Source of the DNA: an uncultured Candidatus Saccharibacteria bacterium
Lineage (GTDB): Bacteria; Patescibacteriota; WWE3; UBA101185; UBA10185
Reading direction: 5' to 3'
Length of the DNA: 25,197 nt
NCBI GenBank assembly: GCA_964617305.1
Contig: CAZTXE010000001.1
Coordinates: 1 to 25,197, forward strand
The position numbers were made by a program, and so were the translations under genes. Shown here one piece after another: positions 14,973 to 23,482 of this stretch. Each line of letters starts with the position of its first letter. Within the stretch, counting starts at the first letter, position 1. Below the pieces are notes generated by a model. It was not told where the DNA came from, ran no database searches, and saw nothing but the letters and a program-made list of their open reading frames with translations.

Positions 14973-17432
14973 TTATTTTTTCATCATTTCAAATATTAAT
15001 TTCAACGCCTCAGCTCGTGTTAATTTTCCGTGCGGTCGAAATGTTCCATCTCCGTACCCGCGCACCATTCCACGATTTACAGCCTCGGAGACCCACGGCT
15101 TTTCCCATCCGATGACATCGGCGAAGATTGATTTCGAGTTCGAACTCTTAGAGTTCGAACTCGAAAAACCAGAAACCGACAACAGAATTTTCACTCCTTC
15201 CGCCCGCGTCAAACTCTGCAATGGTCGGAACGTTCCATCGGGATATCCCTTCACCACACCCGCTTTTGCTAATATTTGCACCGCATCGAAATACTCCGGA
15301 TCGTGCACATCTGTGAAGTTTGGATTCTGAGTTCGAACTCTTAGAGTTCGAACTCCTTCAAATGCCTTCACCACCATCTGTGCAAACTCCGCTCGATCAA
15401 TCGCACGATTCGGATGCAATTTCCCATTAATCTCCGGCTCTAATAATCCTTCTTCCACCGCTCTGACGATATATCCATGCGCCCAATGATTTGCATCATA
15501 ATCTTTAAAGAACGCTCTATCCGATGATTTCACTTCCTCCCGTTCGCCCTCCAAGACGGAGAGACACCGAAACTCTGTGCAGAAATTCACCTCCTCTGCC
15601 ATTCCAAATCCTTCCGCCACAAACTCGGGGAATTTCACAAAGAGTTCTTTTTGCGCTTCTGAAAACGGAGCGATTTTGATATGCGTTTCCGCTCTCACAA
15701 GTTCTGGAAAATTAAACTGTTGCCACACTCCTGTCATTCCGACCAACGCGGAGGAATCCCTTTTTTCAATTTCATACAAAGGCACTCCATTTAAAAATCT
15801 CATTTCTCCTTCAAGCGCATTCGAATCTAGTTTTAAAATTTCCCGAAGTAATTCGATTCGAGAAACGGAATTCAAATTGTCTTTCAATTCGACTCGCGTC
15901 GTTTCATTGTTAAAAAAACTCGTTGCAATTCCAAATGTACGACCGATTGCCAGCAGTGCATCCAAGTCTGAAGTTTGGCGCTCTTCTTTTTTTAAAATTT
16001 CCGCAATTTTTAGCCCCCCCCACCTCCGAGGTACGAAATGCCCCCCTGAGACGTTTTTGATTTCAGACGATCCAACTGTTCGCCCTACAAAGAAAAATGA
16101 ATCTGAGAGCATTTGTGAAAGAAAAAATTTCGGCACCACTTCTTTCATTTCCCATTTCTCGCTATGAACAAACATGTCCTCGACTCCGATCGAGGATCCA
16201 CTCAAGGAGTTTAGTTTTTTCAGAAATTCTTCTTTTTCTACTAAATTTGGACTCGATCGAAAAAGTTTCAACGGAAATCCTCCCGAAATTTTTGAAAAGA
16301 AGGCAAGATCGTTTTCCAAATCCTCTACAAATTGAAGAACCACATAACTTTCAGTAATTTCATTTTCTAGAAACACCGATGGATTCTCTCCCAAGGTTGT
16401 TTCATCAGTGATAAGAAATACCGCTCTGTATTGGGGATCGACCGTCCAACCATGCCCAACGCCCATGAGGGCTTTTGTAATATCAGTCTTCCCTACCGGC
16501 GCTACTCCCGATAAGAACCCAAAAAAGTCCTTTTTGAAATCAAATGTATTGCGTTGAAATTCTTCATCGTGCCAATTAATTCCGTCCGAGAAAAACCCAA
16601 TCCGGATTCGAACCTCCTCAGAAAAATTTTCGAGTAAAAACTCTGTCCAGTCCTTGGCTCTCTTCCAAGGCAATCCCCCAAGCGATCCTGATCTATCTAC
16701 GAGAATAGAAACTTCTTGGATATCTTTCTTTGGTGGTTTTACAAATTGCGCTCGGTATTCCATTCCTAAATACGGCACTCCTATTTCCGCATCGGGGAGA
16801 TTTGACCAAAGGAATTCTATTTGCGATTGAGGCATTCCGTTCCACAAAAAAGTCACCCCATCTGACGTATCAGTGAGTCCGTTTTTTCCAAGGGAATGAT
16901 AAAAATGCTCCACAGATTCCCCAAGCGAGAATGCAATCTCTGTATTTTCAAATGACGCACTGTCACTGAGAAAAACAGGAAGAATCGAAAAATCATCTTG
17001 ATGAGAAATTGGAACATTGAACACTTTTTTTGTTCTAACTTTCTGTCGCCCTCCTACGGCTATGTTTTCTGATCGAAAGAGCCTTGGGAACTGGCTCGTT
17101 CCCCACCCCAGCAGTGAGGCATCTTTGCGCTCCTGCGCTTGTGTAAAAAGATATACCAGTCGTTCTATTCCTTCCAAAGAAGAATACGCTCGTCCCTCCA
17201 TCCCTACGAAGAAATCCGAAATTTCCACCCCCTGCTCAAGGGGTTCTAATTCCTGAAAAACAATTTCTTTTTCTGAAGGATTGTAGAGCTCTGTAACGAT
17301 TTCTATACGAGCATTGTCCCCCTCTACATTAATGTGAACCTGTTTCTGGGTGACTTCAAGAATGCTCTCCGAAAAAAACGCAGACGTGCTGTTTGTTAAA
17401 AAAATCAAAAGGATCAGTTTCCACAGTTTCAT
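14973..17432 (-). CDS. Secreted VIT + von Willebrand factor A domain protein with three C-terminal S-layer homology (SLH) domains, 819 aa
   Basis: Signal peptide MKLWKLILLIFLTNSTSA; VIT-like VHINVEGDNARIEIVTELYNP; vWA ILVDRSGSL (DxSxS). SLH repeats are FKDYDANHWAHGYI..HPNRAIDRAEFAQM, FTDV..GVVKGYPDGTFRPLQSLTRAEG and FADV..GMVRGYGDGTFRPHGKLTRAEA. Confidence 0.9.
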   Translation of the reverse strand: MKLWKLILLIFLTNSTSAFFSESILEVTQKQVHINVEGDNARIEIVTELYNPSEKEIVFQELEPLEQGVEISDFFVGMEGRAYSSLEGIERLVYLFTQAQERKDASLLGWGTSQFPRLFRSENIAVGGRQKVRTKKVFNVPISHQDDFSILPVFLSDSASFENTEIAFSLGESVEHFYHSLGKNGLTDTSDGVTFLWNGMPQSQIEFLWSNLPDAEIGVPYLGMEYRAQFVKPPKKDIQEVSILVDRSGSLGGLPWKRAKDWTEFLLENFSEEVRIRIGFFSDGINWHDEEFQRNTFDFKKDFFGFLSGVAPVGKTDITKALMGVGHGWTVDPQYRAVFLITDETTLGENPSVFLENEITESYVVLQFVEDLENDLAFFSKISGGFPLKLFRSSPNLVEKEEFLKKLNSLSGSSIGVEDMFVHSEKWEMKEVVPKFFLSQMLSDSFFFVGRTVGSSEIKNVSGGHFVPRRWGGLKIAEILKKEERQTSDLDALLAIGRTFGIATSFFNNETTRVELKDNLNSVSRIELLREILKLDSNALEGEMRFLNGVPLYEIEKRDSSALVGMTGVWQQFNFPELVRAETHIKIAPFSEAQKELFVKFPEFVAEGFGMAEEVNFCTEFRCLSVLEGEREEVKSSDRAFFKDYDANHWAHGYIVRAVEEGLLEPEINGKLHPNRAIDRAEFAQMVVKAFEGVRTLRVRTQNPNFTDVHDPEYFDAVQILAKAGVVKGYPDGTFRPLQSLTRAEGVKILLSVSGFSSSNSKSSNSKSIFADVIGWEKPWVSEAVNRGMVRGYGDGTFRPHGKLTRAEALKLIFEMMKK
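15132..15166. repeat. In-frame palindromic element inside the CDS (27-bp core, 16-bp stem)
   Basis: tttc-gagttcgaactc-tta-gagttcgaactc-gaaa; encodes FSSSNSKSSNSK in the linker between SLH2 and SLH3. Confidence 0.85.
15329..15355. repeat. Second copy of the 27-bp coding palindromic element, read in a different frame
   Basis: gagttcgaactc-tta-gagttcgaactc is identical to 15136-15162 but encodes GVRTLRVRTQ in the linker between SLH1 and SLH2. Confidence 0.85.
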
Positions 17433-17441
17433 ACGAGAGTA

Positions 17442-17470
17442 ATTGTAAGGAGAAATCTAATTTCAAACAA
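17442..17470 (-). promoter_or_regulatory. Putative sigma70 promoter for the VIT-vWA-SLH gene (near-leaderless transcript)
   Basis: Minus strand TTGTTT-17 nt-TACAAT, followed by only 9 nt before the ATG at 17432. Confidence 0.4.
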
Positions 17471-17474
17471 CCCA

Positions 17475-17500
17475 TAGGCGCGGTCACGTGACCGCGCCTA
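17475..17500. repeat. Perfect 26-bp palindrome resembling a GTAG-family REP
   Basis: taggcgcggtcacgtgaccgcgccta is its own reverse complement. The minus strand reads GTAG-GCGCGGTCACGTGACCGCGC-CTAT. It lies 16 bp past the stop of the PKD gene. Confidence 0.75.
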
Positions 17501-17516
17501 CGAAAAGTTTTAATTG

Positions 17517-19859
17517 TTATTCTGATTCCCCTTCTACCGTAATCCGATCTTTAAATGATGCGACAACACCCTTGGCATCGGTAATCTTGAGAGAAACATC
17601 GAAGTCTCCTGCAAACTCATAGATATGTGTTGGCATGAAATCACGAGATACGTTTCCATCTCCAAAGGTCCAAAGATAGTTTGCAATAGACCCTGTTGAT
17701 TGCGTTGGATCGAATTGCACTTCGAGTCCGTTATCAACATTCGCAATCGCTTCAAAGCTCGCACTCAATGGAAGTGATCGAACGGAGATCAGTGTTTCTG
17801 TTTCCGCAATTTCCTGTTCTGATGTGAGCACCTTGAGTGTCACCGGAAATGATCCCGCACTATTGAATTCATACGAAAGCTTTGCGCCTGCTTGAATCGG
17901 TTCTTTCCCCGGAAAGGTCCATGTGTAGAGTACTATTTCTCCTTTGTCTGTTGTAGAACCAGAACCGTCAAACTCTACTGTCAGTGGAACCGTTCCAAAC
18001 CCAGGATCAGCATTGATACGAGCCTGAACTCCCGTCCGATCAACAATAACTCTCTTTATAGAGGTGAACTCATTTTCATAGGAATCAACAACCGTAAGTG
18101 CTAAATCATATTCTCCTGATTCTTTGTAAACATACGTTGTCTTTTCTTTGAAATCATCATACACACCGTCGTTCTCGAAATCCCATTTCCATTCAACTGG
18201 ATTATGAAGCGCTGATACATCCGCACGAAGCTCTACCTCAAGTGGAGAATTCCCTCTTAATATATCCTCTGTAGAAGCGGGATTGGTAATAATTATTGGT
18301 TTCGCTCCTTCCAATTGTGGCGTCACCGTAATTATCTGTTCTACTTTATCACGCTCTCCGACATCATTTTCGATGATGAGTGTCACCATATATTCTCCTG
18401 GTGCTCTGAACGTTCTTTCTAGTTTTCGTCCCACAACAATTTCTGTTTCTCCTTCAACTTGCCACTGATAGGAACTAATCGTTCCAAATCGTGTGTACGA
18501 TTGCTCTCCAGAAAGTTTCACCGAAAATGGAGGCACGCCCACAAAGCCTTTGTCAGAAACAATTTTTCCTTGAATATTTTCTGCTGATTCCTCAACAATA
18601 ATCAATTTTTTGAGAACCGCTGTATCATGATTTGTTCCTGTCACCCGAAGTGAGACTTCCACCTGTCCAACTTTTGAAAAGGTATGTTCAAAAGATGTTT
18701 TCTCATTCTCAATTATTTCAAATGAACCATCTCCATCCATGTCCCACTCATAAAGTATAATTTCACCATCTGGATCGTTTGATGCTCTTGCATTAAATTG
18801 CACCGTAAGGGGAACAGGGCCTTGTTCTTTGTCGACTGAGTACAGTGCTTGTACGGCTTCGTTCACAATAATAACTTGTTTTTCTGATGTATACGTCTTC
18901 TCCATTTGTGCGGAAGGAGAGTAATAATCGACCGAAACAAGCACCATGTATTTTCCGTTATTGTTTCCTTTTTTGAGGAACCGGTGTGCAACTTTTGGTC
19001 CTGTTGCATCAAATCTTCCATCGCTTTCAAAATCCCAATTAATTTGTCGTACGAGGTCTTCATCGATTTGTTTGAACAGTTCCGTCCCGACATCGAACTC
19101 CACCATCACTGGCGCATGAAGCCCAATAACTTTCTCTGGAACCGTTGCTATAATTGAGTTATTGATCTGTCGGTGCTCTGCATTGGCATTTGTAATAATC
19201 CAAAAGATTCCAACCCAAAGGACACAAACGACAACAAATATTCCGAAGAAGAATGCCGATTTTTTTCCATATTCTCCACGATTCACGGCTTCCTTTCCGA
19301 GCATTAACCATTGGAAAAATTTAATAAGAGTTCCAATCAGAAAAAAGATTGCTAAAAATCCAAAGATGTAATTCGTCAGATTTAACAATGTCGATTGGAG
19401 ATCTGTTTCTTGAATATTAAGCGCTTCGAATAAAGGATTTGAAACATCTCCTCCTAAAAGTCCCCACAAAAGGAGAACGTAAAAGATGGCGAGTAATATT
19501 CCTCCGAACGTTATGAACCATCGGAACAATGCCCATGCTCCCATTTTTCTTCCAGAAGCCATCTCTTCAATATCTTCCTTTTTTTCTGCTGGGGCAGCCT
19601 CTTCTGGTAATTCTTCTTCGTGAATACTTTCCTCCGCTGTAGGAGCCTCTGTCACTGGTGCAGCCTCCACAGGTGCTGGAGCTTCTGTTTGTTCAACAGG
19701 TGCTTCTGCAATTGGTACTTCCGCCACAGGAACTGCTGGAATAACCGGAGCCTCTTCTGTAGGCGCGGTTGATTCAATCTCTGGAAGAGAAGTATTTGGT
19801 GCCGGAGTTCCCTCTGTATCTAAAGAAGGATCTGTATTTGGGTTTGTGTTTTCGTCCAT
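17517..19859 (-). CDS. Membrane protein with an acidic Pro/Ala/Glu-rich N-tail, three transmembrane helices and ~5 extracellular PKD domains, 780 aa
   Basis: ORF track. Three hydrophobic segments lie around aa 108-222. PKD motifs include PLTVQFNARASNDPDGEIILYEWDMDGDG, PLTVEFDGSGSTTDKGEIVLYTWTF and VQFDPTQSTGSIANYLWTFGDG. Confidence 0.88.
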   Translation of the reverse strand: MDENTNPNTDPSLDTEGTPAPNTSLPEIESTAPTEEAPVIPAVPVAEVPIAEAPVEQTEAPAPVEAAPVTEAPTAEESIHEEELPEEAAPAEKKEDIEEMASGRKMGAWALFRWFITFGGILLAIFYVLLLWGLLGGDVSNPLFEALNIQETDLQSTLLNLTNYIFGFLAIFFLIGTLIKFFQWLMLGKEAVNRGEYGKKSAFFFGIFVVVCVLWVGIFWIITNANAEHRQINNSIIATVPEKVIGLHAPVMVEFDVGTELFKQIDEDLVRQINWDFESDGRFDATGPKVAHRFLKKGNNNGKYMVLVSVDYYSPSAQMEKTYTSEKQVIIVNEAVQALYSVDKEQGPVPLTVQFNARASNDPDGEIILYEWDMDGDGSFEIIENEKTSFEHTFSKVGQVEVSLRVTGTNHDTAVLKKLIIVEESAENIQGKIVSDKGFVGVPPFSVKLSGEQSYTRFGTISSYQWQVEGETEIVVGRKLERTFRAPGEYMVTLIIENDVGERDKVEQIITVTPQLEGAKPIIITNPASTEDILRGNSPLEVELRADVSALHNPVEWKWDFENDGVYDDFKEKTTYVYKESGEYDLALTVVDSYENEFTSIKRVIVDRTGVQARINADPGFGTVPLTVEFDGSGSTTDKGEIVLYTWTFPGKEPIQAGAKLSYEFNSAGSFPVTLKVLTSEQEIAETETLISVRSLPLSASFEAIANVDNGLEVQFDPTQSTGSIANYLWTFGDGNVSRDFMPTHIYEFAGDFDVSLKITDAKGVVASFKDRITVEGESE

Positions 19860-19889
19860 ATTTTTAAAAAAACGGATTTTCTACCTCTA

Positions 19890-19919
19890 ATAATGACGGA
19901 AGAAGGCACTCCTTGTCAA
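19890..19919 (-). promoter_or_regulatory. Putative sigma70 promoter for the 780-aa PKD gene
   Basis: Minus strand TTGACA (perfect -35)-18 nt-CATTAT, about 30 nt upstream of the ATG at 19859. Confidence 0.5.
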
Positions 19920-19937
19920 AGTTTTCATAAACGAATT

Positions 19938-22337
19938 CTATCGAACAGAAATCATTCGCTGACTCTCCGAAGAAACAATATGGAGCCCATCAGAAACTTT
20001 TACTCCCACTGCGTACGTTCCCACTTCTTCAAATGGATAAAGAAGAAATGACTCTGCTACCTCTCTCGAAAATAAAACGATTCCCCCTTGAGAAACGATC
20101 CATTTATACGTGAGGATATCGTTCTCTGTATCTTGTGCGATAACATCAAAACGAACCAATTCCCCTTTCATCACCCCTGTTTCGCTCACGGTGAAGTCTG
20201 CAATCACAGGCGGTTCATTCCTGCTCTGATTATTATTTTCAAATACAAAGGCTTCCGTTCCTTGTGAAATCGTCCTTCCTCCATCACTATCAGTAGCGGT
20301 CACTCGAAAGGAAATCTCACGAACTCCGTTCCGGTATTGTGAAAAATCAAAATAGGCTTGTCCCATATCGAGTAATTGCGTATCGGGAAGGACTTCTCCG
20401 TTTTCTATTGGTTCGAAAAAATACTGGCTAATCGGCGTATCTGTATCGGTATCTTCCGCATATGCCGTAACCAAGAAATCCACAGGACCTGTTGGAAGTA
20501 TCATATCTCCCTGATTTATTTTGTAGGAAATTGGTTCCTTAAATTCGGGATTTTTATTTTCCACCTCTATTAAAAGAGATGTCTGATCACTTTGATTTTG
20601 ATCCCCTGGTGTATAGACCGTCAATTGAACGGGATATATTTCCGCATTACTGAAGTGTTTATTCAAAAGAAGTCCCACATCACATTCTGTAGAAACCGGA
20701 ACTCCTCTCACTGACCAACTATAATTAAGATTCGCGTTCTCACATCCAATAGCTCCCATTCCATCAACTGCTGAAGCTCTGATAAGAACATTCGTATTCC
20801 CTCTTTCATTTCTTGCAATAGAAACCATTGCAGATGCATTTTCCCACGAGTCCCCTTTGTCTATTGAGTATTGAAGCAATGCCATGGGCATATCTTTCGA
20901 ACGAACAGCAACTGATTTTGTTATTGAGGTAGTCTCTTCATTGAGTGTCCCCGTCAATGTGACTGAATGAATCCCCGTGCTGTGAAAAGAAATATTCTTA
21001 TCAGAGGTATCTTCCACATCCCCTATTAAACTCTCTTCCTTGTCGGCCTCCCACACATATTCCACTCCTTCCTGACTTTGTGCATGAAATAAAAATGATT
21101 CATCTTCAACCAGTACGTAGGGCACTTCAAAGTCGACCCAAAGCGTGCTGACATCAGAAATGCTCTCGGTAACAATCTCAGAAACATATTCTTGTTTCCC
21201 CTCTTTGTATTCCACACGGAGGCGTACTGTTTTTTCTCCTGATTGGGTGTATTCGTATTGAACAATGGGGTCAGTCGTTTTTTCATCCCACTCCCCATCT
21301 CCATCAAAATCCCATTCATAGGAAATGCCTTTTGTCTCTCCTAAAACATTCACACTCCCGCTCGCATCAAATTCATATTCAGCTGGATGATGAAGTTTTT
21401 CCGTTGATTGTATCGAGACAATTTTAGCGATAGGTTTCTCTCCCGAGACGGAGAATATTCTTTTTTCTGTTTCACTTATTCCAATATTATTCGTTGTTGT
21501 TAGAGCAACTTCATAGATCCCTGGCTCTGTAAACTGCAACGCTCCTTGTTGCCCCATTTGATTGCTAAAGACGCACTGTGAAGCCTGTGTCTCCGCACAA
21601 GACCATTTGTAGTTTGTGATCGATCCAACAACGCTCATCGAGTCACTTCCATCAAGCGTTACCAATTCGTTCACACGAGGAGTGAAGTCTTCAACAACAA
21701 ACATTGGGATAACACCCCCAACAATAATTTTGGTTTTCGTTATATATATCGTTCCATTTGCTTCTGCTAAGAAGATTACATTGTAACTTCCCTTTTCTCC
21801 ATAGGCATGTTTCACTTGTTTCCCTGTCGCTGTTGTTCCATCTCCAAAACGCCAATCTCCCATTTTTCCATCACTACTAAAGGTGACTCCATTCATTGCA
21901 CGAACAGAATTCACCATAATTCCGTCCGAGAAGGATGCTCCTCCCTCAACACTAATAGGCGCCTTATTTAAGACCACCTGCTTCTTTGGTTGCCGTCTTT
22001 TATCGGGCACATAATCTTGCACGTTATCAACCGCAGAATCCCCAACTCCAACAGAAGGGTATCGCGTAACATGTACAGGATCTGGTTGCGTTGGTATTGA
22101 TCCTGCGTCTTCCGCTTGCTGCAATATTTCTTTTAATTCGTCATCAAGAATAACGTTCTCTTCTGGCGTTGTTACTGATGAAACGGCTTCTTTATCATAC
22201 TGTTCTGTCACTGTTGTTGGATTCTTTTTCACATTCTGAACAAGTTGAGGAAATTTCTTTACCACAAAAACACCTCCCAGCGTTACAACAACTCCAAGGG
22301 TGACTGACACCAAAAGAAGAATAGTATTTTTTTTCAT
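19938..22337 (-). CDS. N-terminally anchored PKD/Ig-like repeat surface protein, 799 aa
   Basis: ORF track. One N-terminal hydrophobic helix (ILLLVSVTLGVVVTLGGVFVV). PKD motifs include WRFGDGTTATGKQVKHAYGEKGSYNV, VTLDGSDS..ITNYKWS and YEWDFDGDGEWD..VQYEYTQSGEKTVRLRV. Confidence 0.88.
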   Translation of the reverse strand: MKKNTILLLVSVTLGVVVTLGGVFVVKKFPQLVQNVKKNPTTVTEQYDKEAVSSVTTPEENVILDDELKEILQQAEDAGSIPTQPDPVHVTRYPSVGVGDSAVDNVQDYVPDKRRQPKKQVVLNKAPISVEGGASFSDGIMVNSVRAMNGVTFSSDGKMGDWRFGDGTTATGKQVKHAYGEKGSYNVIFLAEANGTIYITKTKIIVGGVIPMFVVEDFTPRVNELVTLDGSDSMSVVGSITNYKWSCAETQASQCVFSNQMGQQGALQFTEPGIYEVALTTTNNIGISETEKRIFSVSGEKPIAKIVSIQSTEKLHHPAEYEFDASGSVNVLGETKGISYEWDFDGDGEWDEKTTDPIVQYEYTQSGEKTVRLRVEYKEGKQEYVSEIVTESISDVSTLWVDFEVPYVLVEDESFLFHAQSQEGVEYVWEADKEESLIGDVEDTSDKNISFHSTGIHSVTLTGTLNEETTSITKSVAVRSKDMPMALLQYSIDKGDSWENASAMVSIARNERGNTNVLIRASAVDGMGAIGCENANLNYSWSVRGVPVSTECDVGLLLNKHFSNAEIYPVQLTVYTPGDQNQSDQTSLLIEVENKNPEFKEPISYKINQGDMILPTGPVDFLVTAYAEDTDTDTPISQYFFEPIENGEVLPDTQLLDMGQAYFDFSQYRNGVREISFRVTATDSDGGRTISQGTEAFVFENNNQSRNEPPVIADFTVSETGVMKGELVRFDVIAQDTENDILTYKWIVSQGGIVLFSREVAESFLLYPFEEVGTYAVGVKVSDGLHIVSSESQRMISVR

Positions 22338-22351
22338 TGAATGAATGTATT

Positions 22352-22882
22352 TTAAAACCCTCCGCCTCCATTGAGACCTGATCGTTCTCTATGGATCTGG
22401 TCAAGTTCTCCTGGCAGTGCTCTGTTTCCCGCAGGGGCTTCTGTTTGCTGATTTCCATCTCGATCATCGGTTCCCGCAGGGGCATGCACAATAAGTGTAT
22501 TTACCAGTGCGTACGACACCAATACAACCAATATTCCTATCGCGGCAAAGATCACTATCTTTTTCGCTTTTTCGTGCTGACCATCGTCTCCTCCAGCCGT
22601 AACATAAAGAAATCCTGCATAAATCAGAAATGCCACTGCAAGAAGTCCGAGGAAAGAAAGTGCAAAATTAAGCACTCCCACTAAATATACACGTGCTGAT
22701 GTATTGGCTCCAATTCCATCTATTCCAAAATCTGCTGCATCGGGTAATTCAAATTCTCCACTTGGAACTGCTCCTCCAAAATTAAAAATGTCATTGATTT
22801 CGTCCCCTATCCCTCCATACGCCTCTGGGACTAAGAGAGTAAGTGCAAAGAATGCCATGAAAACGAGAAGTATTTTTTTCAT
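22352..22882 (-). CDS. VirB2/TrbC-like (T4SS_pilin-type) pilin, 176 aa
   Basis: Core VLNFALSFLGLLAVAFLIYAGFLYVTAGGDDGQHEKAKKIVIFAAIGILVVLVSYALVN is the two-helix pilin pattern; signal-like N-terminus; ATGA overlap with the upstream pilin. Confidence 0.85.
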   Translation of the reverse strand: MKKILLVFMAFFALTLLVPEAYGGIGDEINDIFNFGGAVPSGEFELPDAADFGIDGIGANTSARVYLVGVLNFALSFLGLLAVAFLIYAGFLYVTAGGDDGQHEKAKKIVIFAAIGILVVLVSYALVNTLIVHAPAGTDDRDGNQQTEAPAGNRALPGELDQIHRERSGLNGGGGF

Positions 22883-23406
22883 AAGAAAGAATGTAAAGAT
22901 GAGATAAGAATAGCCTGTTCAGGACCAAATCGAGCCTGCATGATTGTGTTTACAATGGCATAGGAACCAAAGATAAGAAGAATTCCTATGGCCACCCACA
23001 TAACCACTTTTTTTGCTTTTTCGGTTTGCCCATCATCTCCACCAGCCGTGACATATAAGAATCCTGCAAACACAATCGCTAAGACCGCAATGACAGCGGT
23101 AACCGAAAGGAAAAACTTCATCCATCCGACAAGCAGTCGGTTCATATTTTTTACTTTTGAAACGCCATTATCGAGCCGGCATTTCGCAAGTTTTGCTCCT
23201 TTTTTTATTCCTGGTCCATCAAAAATTGGTTTTTCTTGATCTCCAAAACTTATATCAATATCGATAACATCCCCCAAAAGACATTCTGCATCATCTAATA
23301 CGTCTTCTACATTATCTACGAAACTCGCAAATACCCCTTGAGAATGATAAGAAACACCTCCCCAAAACAGAAGTGCAACGAGAAAGGCAAAACATATTTT
23401 TTTCAT
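22879..23406 (-). CDS. VirB2/TrbC-like (T4SS_pilin-type) pilin, 175 aa (start moved from 23496 to MKKICFAFL at 23406)
   Basis: Core FFLSVTAVIAVLAIVFAGFLYVTAGGDDGQTEKAKKVVMWVAIGILLIFGSYAIVN. The internal Met gives a signal peptide matching its paralogue (MKKI..) and removes the overlap with purL. Confidence 0.85.
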   Translation of the reverse strand: MKKICFAFLVALLFWGGVSYHSQGVFASFVDNVEDVLDDAECLLGDVIDIDISFGDQEKPIFDGPGIKKGAKLAKCRLDNGVSKVKNMNRLLVGWMKFFLSVTAVIAVLAIVFAGFLYVTAGGDDGQTEKAKKVVMWVAIGILLIFGSYAIVNTIMQARFGPEQAILISSLHSFL

Positions 23407-23482
23407 AGTATTTGTGTTTTTCTTATTACAGCACAAAGACCGACCGTTTTCAAACGTTCTTCTTTTTTTGTGTGAAGATTTT

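Noticed and set aside
22426-22483. 13-bp direct repeat ttcccgcaggggc in the second pilin
   Set aside because: It is a simple local duplication encoding APAG twice, with no sign of mobility.
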